This document shows, in pieces, positions 29,014-39,292 of a stretch of DNA of 64,000 nt; the stretch's first letter is position 1; the number at the start of each line of letters is the position of its first letter. The stretch comes from an uncultured Candidatus Actinomarina sp. GTDB lineage: Bacteria; Actinomycetota; Acidimicrobiia; Actinomarinales; Actinomarinaceae. The notes beneath the pieces are model-generated. The model saw only the letters and a program-made list of their open reading frames with translations, searched no databases and was not told the DNA's origin. The translations under genes were made by a program, and so were the position numbers. The DNA lies in assembly GCA_902555985.1 (NCBI GenBank), contig CACDUI010000001.1, forward strand, positions 67,291-131,290. Reading direction: 5' to 3'.

Positions 29014-30694
29014 CGAATTGCAACAGCTCTCTCAGGACTTTTTTCAAAACTCTCTAGATTCTTCTCCCACATCAGCAATCATGAGAGGACACAAGCAATA
29101 TTTTGATCAAATAGAAGAGATGACCGATGAAACTTTTGAAAAAGAAACAAAAAAAGTAAATGATTTTATTTCAAGGCTTGAGAGCATAAACGCAGAATCT
29201 TTATCGAACAGAGAAAAAGTTACTCATGGAATGTTGGAGTTTGCTTTAAGTTCTAACAAAGATTCTTTGTTAGACAGGAGTTGGGAGTTTGGAGCCGGTG
29301 TCTCTGGCTTCACAGGATTTCTTATTGACTATAACCAGCAAATGTTTGTTCCAGATTCAGAATCTGCTGATATGTTGTTAAAAAGACTTGAACTTTATAA
29401 AAGACTTTATACACAGATCGCAGAGGTACAAAAAATCGGCTTAAACAACAACAGGGTAGCTACAGAACGAAATTTACTCAGAACAATTGATCAATTGGAA
29501 AATTACTTGGGTTCATCGCTGGAAGAAGATCCATTATTACTAATTAATTTTTCACCAGAAATTTCAGAATCTTTTATATCTGATTGGAAAGAAAAAGCTA
29601 AAAAAATTATAGATGTAAACATAAGGCCTACAGTATTAACTTATTTAGATCAATTAAAAACAGAACACATTCCTAAAGGACGTACAGATGAGCATTCTGG
29701 AATAATGTGGATTGAAGGTGGGGAAGAGACGTACTTAAGAGCATTAAGAAAATACACAGGCCATAAAGATATAACTGTACAAGAAGTTCATAACGTAGGA
29801 CTTTCTGAAATAGGTAGGCTAAAAAAAGAATTTTTTGAGATTGGAGAAAATGTATTTCCTGGAGTCAGTACTCCAGAAGAAGTCTTACAAAAAATGCAAA
29901 CAGAGCCCTCAATGAGATATGAAAGCAAAGAGCAGATGTTACAGTTAGCTGTTGATACTATTGAACGAGCCTATAAGCCTTTAGAAGAGTGGTTTACAGT
30001 ATTTCCAAAATCTCCTTGCAAGGTCTTGCCAGTTCCAGCTGAGTCTGAACAGCATGCTCCACCTGCATATTATTACCCACCTTTACCTGATGGTTCAAGG
30101 GATGGGACATATTTTCTTAACACTTACAAAGCAGAAGCAAAAAGTATTTTTGAAGCAGAATCTGTAGCTTTTCATGAGGCGATACCAGGTCATCACCTTG
30201 ATAGAACTATTGCAGTTGAGCTACAAGATGTACCAGACTTTCAAAAGTATGTAGCTTCAACAGCATTTGTTGAGGGCTGGGGACTTTATTCAGAGCAATT
30301 AGCTAATGAAATGGGCCTTTATTCCAATGATGTTCAACAGCTAGGAAGACTTGGAAATGATGCATGGAGAGCTTGTCGTCTTGTTCTTGATACAGGCATG
30401 CATGGAATGGGCTGGTCAAGAGACAAAGCAATTAAGTTTTTCAAAGCAAATTCGCCAATTGAAGCTATAAATGCAGAAATTGAGACCGACAGATATATTG
30501 CCTGGCCTGGACAAGCATGTTCATATAAAATGGGCCAATTGAAGATTGAAGAACTACGAAGAAAAGCTGAAAATGAACTAGGTGATAAGTTTGATATTAG
30601 GTATTTTCATGATGAAGTCTTATGCGATGGGGGAATAACGCTTCCAATTTTAGAAAATAAGATTGATACATTTATTGAAAAGCATAAAAGCTAA
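29003..30694 (+). CDS. DUF885-family protein (putative metallopeptidase-like)
   Basis: 563 aa. HEAIPGHH motif and an overall layout typical of DUF885. Confidence 0.65.
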   Translation: MTNNELQQLSQDFFQNSLDSSPTSAIMRGHKQYFDQIEEMTDETFEKETKKVNDFISRLESINAESLSNREKVTHGMLEFALSSNKDSLLDRSWEFGAGVSGFTGFLIDYNQQMFVPDSESADMLLKRLELYKRLYTQIAEVQKIGLNNNRVATERNLLRTIDQLENYLGSSLEEDPLLLINFSPEISESFISDWKEKAKKIIDVNIRPTVLTYLDQLKTEHIPKGRTDEHSGIMWIEGGEETYLRALRKYTGHKDITVQEVHNVGLSEIGRLKKEFFEIGENVFPGVSTPEEVLQKMQTEPSMRYESKEQMLQLAVDTIERAYKPLEEWFTVFPKSPCKVLPVPAESEQHAPPAYYYPPLPDGSRDGTYFLNTYKAEAKSIFEAESVAFHEAIPGHHLDRTIAVELQDVPDFQKYVASTAFVEGWGLYSEQLANEMGLYSNDVQQLGRLGNDAWRACRLVLDTGMHGMGWSRDKAIKFFKANSPIEAINAEIETDRYIAWPGQACSYKMGQLKIEELRRKAENELGDKFDIRYFHDEVLCDGGITLPILENKIDTFIEKHKS

Positions 30695-31836
30695 ACAAAA
30701 AGATAAGTAAGTTTTCTCCAGAACCATTCAAGCGGACCATATCTCCACTTATCTAAAATTGGTTTTGACCAGTATATTTGCAACCCCCAAATAATGACTA
30801 TATACAGAACTAATTGAGACCTTGAAAAAGTTCCAATTCCAAATAAACCACTAAGCACAAATACACCAAGCAATGTTTGAGTTATATAGTTTGTAAATGC
30901 CATCTTCCCACATGCACGTAATCTAGTTGAAATATTTTCTCTGAGTTTTATATTCATGATTGTTAGCAATCCAACATAACCAAGCACCATTGGCATTACT
31001 GAGAGGGTAAGCCATAGCTTACTTGTAACTGCAATTGCAGCGCTATATTCAGATGAAATAAGTAAATAAATACTATAAATTGAAAAAGGCAAACCTATGC
31101 CAAATCCGCAAAACATCAATTTTTTATAAAAATTAAGCTCTCTAGTTCCTTGAATTATGTTCAATCTGTACAGTAAAATTCCCACAATCATTAAAGTCAT
31201 TGCTCTATTGCCGCCATCTAAAATAAATAAAAGTCCAAATATATTTCCCCACTCAGATTCTTGAGGAAACCAAAACTTTCCTAAATTTAAAGAACCGCCT
31301 TCACTTGCAGCAACCACCCAGGCTTCTTCTAAAATTAAATTTCCAGAAGGATCATATAAAGAACCAACATAATTTATGAGCAAAAGGTCTATAAAAACTA
31401 AAAATGTGATAGAAAATATTATTATTTTATTATTTTGGACCTGAGGAAATAAAATAATAAAAAAAGCACATGAAGCATAAGTTATGAGAATATCTCCTTC
31501 CCAAATTGACAAATGAGCAATGCCAAATATAAGTAATAAAAAGTTTCTCCAAAAAGATAGCAATTTAGGCCTTTTAACTTTTGGTTTTGCATTATCAAGA
31601 AAAATCATAAGGCCAACACCAAAAAGCATAGAAAATAAGCCCATCATTTTATATTCAAAAAATACTGAAGAGATCACGATAACAACCCAATCTAATAAGT
31701 TCTCCGCACCATAAGTAGAGTGATTAAATAGAGCTGTAACAGGCAAGCCAAATGATATTACATTTATTATAAGGATTCCAAGAACAGCAAAGCCCCTGAT
31801 AAAGTCAAGGTTTGTAATTCTTTGAGAAGAATTCAT
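30691..31836 (-). CDS. YeiB-like membrane protein (DUF418)
   Basis: N-terminus RITNLDFIRGFAVLGILIINV matches the YeiB family start. About 10 TM helices. Confidence 0.55.
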   Translation of the reverse strand: MNSSQRITNLDFIRGFAVLGILIINVISFGLPVTALFNHSTYGAENLLDWVVIVISSVFFEYKMMGLFSMLFGVGLMIFLDNAKPKVKRPKLLSFWRNFLLLIFGIAHLSIWEGDILITYASCAFFIILFPQVQNNKIIIFSITFLVFIDLLLINYVGSLYDPSGNLILEEAWVVAASEGGSLNLGKFWFPQESEWGNIFGLLFILDGGNRAMTLMIVGILLYRLNIIQGTRELNFYKKLMFCGFGIGLPFSIYSIYLLISSEYSAAIAVTSKLWLTLSVMPMVLGYVGLLTIMNIKLRENISTRLRACGKMAFTNYITQTLLGVFVLSGLFGIGTFSRSQLVLYIVIIWGLQIYWSKPILDKWRYGPLEWFWRKLTYLFV

Positions 31837-31840
31837 TCAA

Positions 31841-32056
31841 TTATTCTTCTTCGATATAACTTTTATTAAACATCCAAAGTATTGTGTAGGCCAAAGCAAG
31901 TCCGAATATGAAGAAATTAAAATTTGGAAGTTCGTTAATTTCCAATTCAAAAATACCATCAACTATAGCTATTAAAACTCTGAGAACGATTCCAGAACCA
32001 ATTAGCCTACCAAAACTAAATTTTTTTAAAAATGAAATTATATTCCCGGTATCCAT
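31841..32056 (-). CDS. Small two-helix membrane protein, immediately downstream of hspR (possibly co-transcribed)
   Basis: 71 aa, two hydrophobic segments, 10-bp gap after hspR on the same strand. Confidence 0.25.
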   Translation of the reverse strand: MDTGNIISFLKKFSFGRLIGSGIVLRVLIAIVDGIFELEINELPNFNFFIFGLALAYTILWMFNKSYIEEE

Positions 32057-32066
32057 TGAATTTATT

Positions 32067-32456
32067 TTAGAAGGTTTTTCTTATTGTTTGATTATTTTTT
32101 TTAACGATTTCGTTCTTATAACTTTTATGAATTTCTTTTGCTTTATTTTTAGAATCAATTTTTTCACTTGAGATTTCATTTTCTAAAGAAATAATTTTTT
32201 CTTGTAGTTCTTCAATCTTATCTCTCATCTCATAAATTATTTTTATACCATCTAAGTTGATTCCTCGTTGAGACAGATTTTGAATTTGTATCAACTTATC
32301 TATATCTTCTTGAGAATAACGTCTTGTTCCCCCTCCAGTCCTGAACGGTTTTATTAACCCTTTTTCTTCATAAGTCCGAATTGTTTGTTGATGTATGCCC
32401 GAGAGTGTAGAGGCTACGGATATAAAGTATATTGCGTTTGACTCTTCACTACTCAT
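32067..32456 (-). CDS. hspR: Heat-shock repressor HspR (MerR family)
   Basis: MerR-type HTH (ISVASTLSGIHQQTIRTYEEKGLIKP) plus a C-terminal coiled coil. Last gene of the dnaK-grpE-dnaJ-hspR operon. Confidence 0.8.
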   Translation of the reverse strand: MSSEESNAIYFISVASTLSGIHQQTIRTYEEKGLIKPFRTGGGTRRYSQEDIDKLIQIQNLSQRGINLDGIKIIYEMRDKIEELQEKIISLENEISSEKIDSKNKAKEIHKSYKNEIVKKNNQTIRKTF

Positions 32457-33318
32457 CTAAATACTTTCTTGGAGAATCACCAGATTCAAACTGTTCTTTA
32501 AATTTTTCCAGGTGTTTTTTTGCAGACCTTGATAAGTCCACAGGGGGAGTAATAAATACTTTCACATATAAATCACCGGACCTTCTTCCTTGCGGAGCTA
32601 TACCCTCACCTCGAATTTTAAATGTTTTTCCGCTAGGTGTTCCAGATGGAATTTTTAATGTGACAGATTTTGTTAATGTGGGAATCTTAATGCTCGCACC
32701 TAGGGCAGCTTCAGTAAAGAGTAGGGGGATTTCTAAAATTAAGTCCATATTGCTTCTTTTAAAGAACTTATGAGGCTGAACGGAAACTTGTACCAATAGA
32801 TCTCCATCAGGTGCCCCAGCAGCTCCAGGACCTCCACGGCCCCTAAGCCTAATTACACTTCCATTATCTACACCTGCGGGAACTTTTATTTTTATCGATT
32901 CGTTTTCTATAGGTAGTACTACTTCAATACCAGAGGCAGCTTCAGCAAATGATATAGTGATATTAGTTTGGTATGTTTGACCCTTTCTTCTTCCGCCAAA
33001 ACCAAAAATATCACCAAGGTTTTCAAAGATATCTCCAAAGTCATCAACAGTAAAGCCCTGACTAGTGAAACCTCCAAAACCTGAACTTCCCATTGCTCTG
33101 ATTTGATCATATTCTTGACGTTTCCTATCATCGCCTAATACAGCGTGTGCTTCAGAAATTTCTTTAAACTTTTTTTCTGCTTCAATGTTTTCTGGGTTTA
33201 AATCCGGATGATTTTCCCTTGCTAATTTTTTGTAAGCTTTTTTTATTTCATCTGAGGTTGCATTTTGGGGTACGCCAAGTGTGGCATAGAAATTTTTATC
33301 TAGCCAATCTCTACTCAC
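32449..33318 (-). CDS. dnaJ: DnaJ-class co-chaperone (type II/CbpA-like: J domain + G/F region + C-terminal domains, no CxxCxGxG zinc finger)
   Basis: J domain with HPD (ENHPDLNP). G/F-rich linker. No cysteine repeats anywhere in the 289-aa protein. 8-nt overlaps with both grpE and hspR. Confidence 0.85.
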   Translation of the reverse strand: MSRDWLDKNFYATLGVPQNATSDEIKKAYKKLARENHPDLNPENIEAEKKFKEISEAHAVLGDDRKRQEYDQIRAMGSSGFGGFTSQGFTVDDFGDIFENLGDIFGFGGRRKGQTYQTNITISFAEAASGIEVVLPIENESIKIKVPAGVDNGSVIRLRGRGGPGAAGAPDGDLLVQVSVQPHKFFKRSNMDLILEIPLLFTEAALGASIKIPTLTKSVTLKIPSGTPSGKTFKIRGEGIAPQGRRSGDLYVKVFITPPVDLSRSAKKHLEKFKEQFESGDSPRKYLDE

Positions 33319-33799
33319 TTTTGACCTTAACCATGGCAGGTCGAATTAGGTTCCCTTGAAATTGATACCCTTTACGTAAAACTACATCAATTTTTTGTAT
33401 ATTACCTTCACCAGTATGTTCAACAGCCTCATGTAAAGCAGGGTCAAAATCCTCTCCAGCATCTCCAATTTCTGTGACTTGAAGACTTTCTAAAACTGAC
33501 GACAATAGGCTACTAAATGTTTCAACTTCTTTAGTAACTTTATCTTGAGACATAGCCATTTCAAAATTGTCTATGAGAGGAAATAAAGTATTTACAAAAT
33601 ACGCAATAGAAGCTGAGCCAATATTTTCTTTCTCTTTTTCAGATCTTTTTTTATAATTATCAAAGTCAGCAGCAAGTCTTAAGTAGTCATCTTTTATTTT
33701 TTCGTACTGAGAAAGAGGGACGCTTGATTCATCAGCTTCTGTATTTTCATTTTCAGAAGAATCATCAGGTTCTTCAGTATGCTCCTCTTCGTTACTCAT
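33311..33799 (-). CDS. grpE: Nucleotide exchange factor GrpE
   Basis: Acidic N-terminus, coiled coil, C-terminal beta domain ([19 protein letters not shown]). Position between dnaK and dnaJ. Confidence 0.9.
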   Translation of the reverse strand: MSNEEEHTEEPDDSSENENTEADESSVPLSQYEKIKDDYLRLAADFDNYKKRSEKEKENIGSASIAYFVNTLFPLIDNFEMAMSQDKVTKEVETFSSLLSSVLESLQVTEIGDAGEDFDPALHEAVEHTGEGNIQKIDVVLRKGYQFQGNLIRPAMVKVKSE

Positions 33800-35600
33800 C
33801 TTCTATGACTTCACCTTCTACCACGTCATCGGATTCACTTGAAGACGGATCAGGAGTATCATTTTGTGTTTCTGAATATAACTTTTCAGCAAATGATTGA
33901 CTAGCTTTAGAAAGCTCTTCAATAGCAACCTTGAGATCATTAACTTCGTTATCTTCATTTTCTAGGAGTTTCTTTAGATTTTCATTTGCATCAGTAATCG
34001 ATTTAATCTCATCATCAGTTGCTTTATCTTTGTTATCTTCCAACATTTTTTCTGTTGAAGTAACCATTCCTTCAGCCATATTTCTTGTCTCGACAAGATC
34101 TTTCTTTTTTGCATCTTCATTTGCATGTTGTTCTGCATCTTTTATCATTCTGTCTATCTCATCGTCTTCTAAAGCAGTTCCACCAGTAATTGTTATTGCT
34201 TGCTCCTTACCAGTGCCAAGGTCTTTAGCATTTACATTGACAATTCCATTTGCATCAATATCAAAAGTTACCTCTATCTGAGGTGTACCAGCCATTGCTG
34301 CAGGGATATCGGTTAATGTGAATCTGCCCAAAGATTTGTTACCAGAGGCCATATCTCTTTCACCTTGCAAGATGTGTATTTCAACCTGAGTTTGATTGTT
34401 TTCAGCAGTACTAAATACTTCTGACCTCTTAGTTGGAATAGTAGTGTTTCTTTCGATCATCTTTGTCATGATTCCACCTTTTGTTTCAACACCAAGTGTA
34501 AGTGGAGTGACATCGAGCAAAAGAACATCCTTTACATCACCTTTAAGAACGCCAGCTTGTATGGCAGCACCAGAAGCAACAACTTCGTCTGGGTTTACAC
34601 CTTTATGAGGATCTTTACCAGTTAAAGATTTAACAAGCTCTTGCACTGATGGCATTCTTGTAGAACCTCCAACTAATATTATGTGATTTATATCTGAAAA
34701 TTTCATTCCAGCATCAGACAAAGCATTTTCAACAGGTGCTTTTGTACGGTCTACTAAATCAGCTGTAATTTTTTCAAATTCAGACCTACTTAACTTTTCT
34801 AATAAATGTTGGGGACCAGCATCATTAGCAGTAATGAAAGGTAAATTAATTTCTGTTTCACTTGTAGAAGAAAGTTCAATTTTTGCTTTCTCTGCACCTT
34901 CTTGAATTCTTTGGATAGCCATTTTGTCTTTTGATAAATCAATGCCTGTTGATGATTTAAATTTATCAATTAACCAGTCCATAACTCTCTGATCCCAGTC
35001 ATCACCACCTAGTTTTGAATCACCAGAGGTTGACTTTACTTCAAAGACTCCTTCAGAAATTTCCAGAATAGAAACATCAAATGTACCACCACCCAGATCA
35101 AATACTAAAATTTTCTGATCTTGATTATTTTCTAAACCATACGCAAGTGATGCAGCTGTAGGTTCGTTAATGATTCTTAAAACGTTTAATCCAGCTATCT
35201 GACCTGCCTCTTTAGTCGCTTGTCTTTCTGCGTCATTAAAATATGCAGGCACAGTAATAACAGCTTCAGTAACGTCATCTCCTAAGTATGCTTCAGCATC
35301 CCTTTTTAATTTTTGAAGTATTCTTGCTGATATTTCTTGTGGAGTATAATCTTTCCCTTCAAAGCTTTCTTTCCAATCAGTTCCGATGTGTCTTTTAATT
35401 GATCTTATGGTGTTATCAGGATTTGTTATTGCTTGTCTTTTTGCAAGCTCTCCAACCAGTACTTCTTCAGACTTGAAAGCAACTATGGATGGAGTCGTCC
35501 TATTTCCTTCTGCATTTGCAATTACAGTTGGTTCGCCGCCTTCTAATACTGCGACAACACTATTTGTCGTTCCTAAATCAATTCCTACAGCTTTTCCCAT
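33792..35600 (-). CDS. dnaK: Chaperone DnaK (Hsp70)
   Basis: [16 protein letters not shown] and the VxDLGGGT motifs. 602 aa. Acidic EEVD-like C-terminus. Confidence 0.97.
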   Translation of the reverse strand: MGKAVGIDLGTTNSVVAVLEGGEPTVIANAEGNRTTPSIVAFKSEEVLVGELAKRQAITNPDNTIRSIKRHIGTDWKESFEGKDYTPQEISARILQKLKRDAEAYLGDDVTEAVITVPAYFNDAERQATKEAGQIAGLNVLRIINEPTAASLAYGLENNQDQKILVFDLGGGTFDVSILEISEGVFEVKSTSGDSKLGGDDWDQRVMDWLIDKFKSSTGIDLSKDKMAIQRIQEGAEKAKIELSSTSETEINLPFITANDAGPQHLLEKLSRSEFEKITADLVDRTKAPVENALSDAGMKFSDINHIILVGGSTRMPSVQELVKSLTGKDPHKGVNPDEVVASGAAIQAGVLKGDVKDVLLLDVTPLTLGVETKGGIMTKMIERNTTIPTKRSEVFSTAENNQTQVEIHILQGERDMASGNKSLGRFTLTDIPAAMAGTPQIEVTFDIDANGIVNVNAKDLGTGKEQAITITGGTALEDDEIDRMIKDAEQHANEDAKKKDLVETRNMAEGMVTSTEKMLEDNKDKATDDEIKSITDANENLKKLLENEDNEVNDLKVAIEELSKASQSFAEKLYSETQNDTPDPSSSESDDVVEGEVIEDE

Positions 35601-35630
35601 TTCGGATTATCCTTTCTTAAAAATTTCTAA

Positions 35631-35834
35631 TTATGAGATAGGTTCTTGTTCTCTTGGTAAATGGCCTCTTACTCTTGGGTAGGAGACAGGTGCATGAAGA
35701 AAACAAAATTTCTTTTTGTTGTATACACTTATTACTGTTTCACAAGCATCAAATGCGCATACACGACCTGTAGTGTATTTTTTTGACCTTCTAACACCAG
35801 GCTTAACTTGAGATGCAGTTAATGTTCCGCTCAT
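35631..35834 (-). CDS. Small conserved Cys/His protein, paralog 2. First gene of the dnaK operon, ending 30 bp upstream of the dnaK start
   Basis: 67 aa, MSGTLTASQVKPGVRRSKKYTTGRVCAFDACETVISVYNKKKFCFLHAPVSYPRVRGHLPREQEPIS. Shares the C-x4-C-x12-C-x2-H block with the ORF at 11154..11348. Confidence 0.55.
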   Translation of the reverse strand: MSGTLTASQVKPGVRRSKKYTTGRVCAFDACETVISVYNKKKFCFLHAPVSYPRVRGHLPREQEPIS

Positions 35835-35869
35835 TTTTTACCTTTCTAATCTATACTTTATTATATATA

Positions 35870-35895
35870 AAATCTATGTAAATTTACTTAGATTT
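35870..35895. promoter_or_regulatory. 26-bp near-perfect palindrome AAATCTATGTAAATTTACTTAGATTT (24/26 symmetric), about 35 bp upstream of the dnaK-operon first gene
   Basis: The two halves AAATCTA.GTAAA / TTTAC.TAGATTT are reverse complements except at one symmetric position pair. Lies in the 165-bp AT-rich divergent region between the dnaK operon and proC. Confidence 0.45.
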
Positions 35896-35999
35896 GTATT
35901 AAATATAACATAATATCGATATTAAACAAAAAAAAATAAAAAAAATTTTAAAAAGTAGCTTTTTTTAACCTCTCATCATTTAACTGATATTATTGAAGA

Positions 36000-36794
36000 A
36001 TGGAAAAATTAGATATTCACATAGTTGGTTTAGGTAATTTAGGATCTGCATTCTTAAAAGGTTTAAATATTGTTGATGGTATCAACTTATTTTTATACGA
36101 GGATTTAGATGTTGTTAGACAATCTATAAATGATGAATTTTCTATTACTCCAGATGACTCAATAATTTCTATTCAAAATGGGGTACTTATTCTTTGTATT
36201 AAGCCTCAAAATATAAATAATTTTTTTACAAATAACAAAGATAAAATAGACCCGGATGTTTTAATTTGCTCCCCTGTTGCTGGGTTAGAAATTAAAACAA
36301 TAGAAAGTTTTATCGATAATAAAATTCTTCGAATAATGCCTAATTTACTCATCGGTGATAATAAAGGATTTATTCCATATGTATCAAATTATGATGGAGA
36401 TTATTTCACTTTTAAGAAGAATGTTTTGGCGAAACTTGGTGCTATAAAAGAATTTGACGAGGCAATGTTTCCAATAATTACAGCTTTGTCAGGAAGTGGT
36501 CCTGCTTGGTATTACGAGCTATCAAGTCAACTTGTTAACTCTGGTCAAGAATTGGGACTTAGCTTAGATGATTCCGAAATGATAATTAAAGAACTTGTAA
36601 AAGCCCTTCCAACACTTGTGGCAGAAGACAGCTCATTTAAAGATCTAGTAGAGCAAGTAAAGTCACCTAATGGCACAACTGAGGCTGGACTCAATTCGCT
36701 TAATAATGATTCATTTGATAGAATAATTCTCGATGCTATTCAAAAAGCAACGCACAGATCTACTGAAATATCAAGAGAACTAAGTAATGAATAA
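36000..36794 (+). CDS. proC: Pyrroline-5-carboxylate reductase
   Basis: N-terminal Rossmann (IHIVGLGNLGSAF). C-terminal ProC signature region VKSPNGTTEAGL. Confidence 0.75.
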   Translation: MEKLDIHIVGLGNLGSAFLKGLNIVDGINLFLYEDLDVVRQSINDEFSITPDDSIISIQNGVLILCIKPQNINNFFTNNKDKIDPDVLICSPVAGLEIKTIESFIDNKILRIMPNLLIGDNKGFIPYVSNYDGDYFTFKKNVLAKLGAIKEFDEAMFPIITALSGSGPAWYYELSSQLVNSGQELGLSLDDSEMIIKELVKALPTLVAEDSSFKDLVEQVKSPNGTTEAGLNSLNNDSFDRIILDAIQKATHRSTEISRELSNE

Positions 36795-38946
36795 ATTTTT
36801 AAATAAATACAAAGCAAATGATTACGTGCTTCTGTTTTCTGCAGGAGCTGCAGTAGGCACTCTTTTTTTGTGGGCAGCAAGCTATATATTTCCTGAAGGG
36901 GAAATAGTAGGTGGAAGAAGAGTATTTGAAAATATTCCTAAAGTACTTCAATACATATTTTATGTTTTAAGTGCTACAACTGTCTATATATCAGGTTATT
37001 TGTTTTCACTCAGAGTAAAAAACTGGACAAGAGGCAAAGAAGAGAAGCGAAATGTAAAGTTGTCACAGAGAATTTTTAGTCTTTTTGATGGCTTGACTAT
37101 GAGAACTGTGCTCAGGTTTAAAGCTGCAGGGTTAATGCATTCACTTATTTATATAGGATTCCTTGGCTTGTTCGCTGGAACTATTACTTTAGAGATTCAT
37201 CATCTAATGCCACCATCATTAAAATTCCTTCAAGGCACAACTTACATCGTTTATTCATTCACTTTAGAGCTGGCTACGATAGCTTATTTAATTGGTCTTT
37301 TTTGGGCTTTAGCAAGACGTTTAATCGGTACAGAATACAGAATTAAAACAAAAACAACTATAGATGACTATTTAACTCTTTCCTTATTAATTTTTATTGG
37401 AATTTCGGGTATAACTACTGAAGCTGGAAGAATAGCATTAGAAAATTTTCCAGATTATGAACGATGGTCATTTATTGGATATGCAGTAGGTGAAGTTCTA
37501 AATCTTTCTAACCCAGGCCTTTTTCACAGAGTTTCCTGGGTTCTACATGTTGTGTCATTTTTTGTTTTCCTAATTGCAATACCGTTATCAAAGTTGAGGC
37601 ATATATTTACATCACCAATAAATATGTTTATGTCTCCAAAAGAAAGACCTAAAGGTGCAATGAAATTTATTGGAAATTTACTTGAGGCAGAAGATATTGA
37701 TTCTGTTGGCGCTGGAATAGTTGACCACTTTACTTGGAAGCAATTAATGGATTTAGATGCTTGTACTGTTTGCGGTCGCTGTACTTCAGTATGTCCTGCA
37801 AATCAAACTGGTAAATCCTTAGATCCCAGAGAGATTATTCTAAAAGTTGGCCAAGTAATGTCTGAATCAGGACAACCCGCTGTACCAGCAACAGTTTCAA
37901 CTCCAGGTCCTTTACGTGTTAATTCTGACAATGTATTTGAAAGAATAACTTCTGAAGAGCTTTGGGCTTGTACCTCTTGCAAGGCATGTGACGAGATATG
38001 TCCTGTAAATATTGAAATTCTGGACAAGATATTGGATATGAGAAGACATTTAGCTTTAATGGAATCTGACTTTCCTGCTGAGCTTGGTAAAGCATATGTT
38101 GCGATGGAGAACTCATCAAACCCTTGGGGAGCTTCTCAAAATGATAGATTGAAATGGACTGAAGATCTGGACTTTGAAGTCCCTGTAATAGACGAAAAAA
38201 ATCATGAAGAATATGATTATTTATATTGGATAGGGTGTGCGGGAGCTTTTGATGATAGAAACGTACCTGTAACAAAGGCAGTAGCTACTCTCTTAAAGCG
38301 TGCGGGAGTTTCTTTTGCTGTCCTTGGCCCTAAAGAAGTTTGCACAGGAGATTCTGCAAGAAGAACCGGTAATGAATTTGTATTTCAACAATTAGCAATC
38401 CAAAATATTGAAAATATGAACAATCTAAAAGTAGATAAAATTATCACTCAATGTCCGCACTGTTTTAACACAATAAAAAATGAGTATCCACAATTAGGTG
38501 GTAATTATGAAGTCATTCATCACAGTCAGCTATTAACAGAATTAGTCCAGTCTGGAAGGATTGAAGTAGGAACAAGCGACAAGCCTTATAAGATAACTTA
38601 TCACGATTCGTGTTACCTAGGTAGACATAATGATATTTACACTGCTCCACGAGAGATAGTAGGTTCTATTGGTGGAATTGAAATTCGTGAAATGAAGAGA
38701 CAGGGAACTCAAAGCTTCTGCTGCGGCGCCGGAGGCGGAAGAATGTGGATGGAAGAATCTGTTGGAAAAAAAGTCAACATTGAGAGATCACAGGAAGCTA
38801 TTGAAACAGGTGCAGACGAGGTGGCGGTTGCGTGTCCTTTTTGTTATATAATGATGGATGATGGCGTTAAAGAATTGGGGTATGGTGATAATGTCAGAGT
38901 AAGAGATGTATCTTTAATTCTCTTAGATAATCTCAAGAAAGATTAA
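36787..38946 (+). CDS. Membrane-anchored Fe-S oxidoreductase: NarI-like b-type membrane domain fused to HdrD/GlpC-like 2x[4Fe-4S] + 2xCCG domains (HmeCD/DsrMK-fusion type)
   Basis: N-terminal approximately 280 aa with 5-6 TM helices and conserved His residues. Two ferredoxin motifs (CTVCGRCTSVCP, CTSCKACDEICP). Two C-terminal Cys-rich CCG-type domains (CPHCFNT...; FCCGAGGG...CPFC). 8-nt overlap with proC. Confidence 0.8.
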   Translation: MNKFLNKYKANDYVLLFSAGAAVGTLFLWAASYIFPEGEIVGGRRVFENIPKVLQYIFYVLSATTVYISGYLFSLRVKNWTRGKEEKRNVKLSQRIFSLFDGLTMRTVLRFKAAGLMHSLIYIGFLGLFAGTITLEIHHLMPPSLKFLQGTTYIVYSFTLELATIAYLIGLFWALARRLIGTEYRIKTKTTIDDYLTLSLLIFIGISGITTEAGRIALENFPDYERWSFIGYAVGEVLNLSNPGLFHRVSWVLHVVSFFVFLIAIPLSKLRHIFTSPINMFMSPKERPKGAMKFIGNLLEAEDIDSVGAGIVDHFTWKQLMDLDACTVCGRCTSVCPANQTGKSLDPREIILKVGQVMSESGQPAVPATVSTPGPLRVNSDNVFERITSEELWACTSCKACDEICPVNIEILDKILDMRRHLALMESDFPAELGKAYVAMENSSNPWGASQNDRLKWTEDLDFEVPVIDEKNHEEYDYLYWIGCAGAFDDRNVPVTKAVATLLKRAGVSFAVLGPKEVCTGDSARRTGNEFVFQQLAIQNIENMNNLKVDKIITQCPHCFNTIKNEYPQLGGNYEVIHHSQLLTELVQSGRIEVGTSDKPYKITYHDSCYLGRHNDIYTAPREIVGSIGGIEIREMKRQGTQSFCCGAGGGRMWMEESVGKKVNIERSQEAIETGADEVAVACPFCYIMMDDGVKELGYGDNVRVRDVSLILLDNLKKD

Positions 38947-39260
38947 AAATTTTGACCCATAAAAAATTTTTGAACACTTCCATCTGAATTTCTAATACTG
39001 TAAATTACATATAGAGCGATAGTAAAACTTCCCATCGTCATAACAAAAAAAGTCCAAATAACTGCCGGTAGAACTCTTTCTTTATAAAATATCCATATAC
39101 TAAATAATATAAATCCGGAGTAAAGATCAACTAAAGAAACAATACCCCAAGGCATGCCTGCAATAGGCGAGTCAAATATTGACACTTCACCCTGAGCCCA
39201 AATTATTACTCCTGCCATAGAAACAGTTATAAAGTATGAAATAATTTTTGTTATAGTCAT
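38943..39260 (-). CDS. Small 3-TM membrane protein (hypothetical)
   Basis: 105 aa, convergent with the Fe-S oxidoreductase gene. Confidence 0.3.
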   Translation of the reverse strand: MTITKIISYFITVSMAGVIIWAQGEVSIFDSPIAGMPWGIVSLVDLYSGFILFSIWIFYKERVLPAVIWTFFVMTMGSFTIALYVIYSIRNSDGSVQKFFMGQNF

Positions 39261-39292
39261 AAGATAGATTTTAAATAAGGAAAAAATAAATA

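Noticed and set aside
35835-35999. Canonical HAIR (CTTGAGT-N7-ACTCAAG) HspR operator upstream of the dnaK operon
   Set aside because: I searched the promoter region and the flanks by eye for CTTGAGT/ACTCAAG and found none. Only the unrelated 26-bp palindrome is present.
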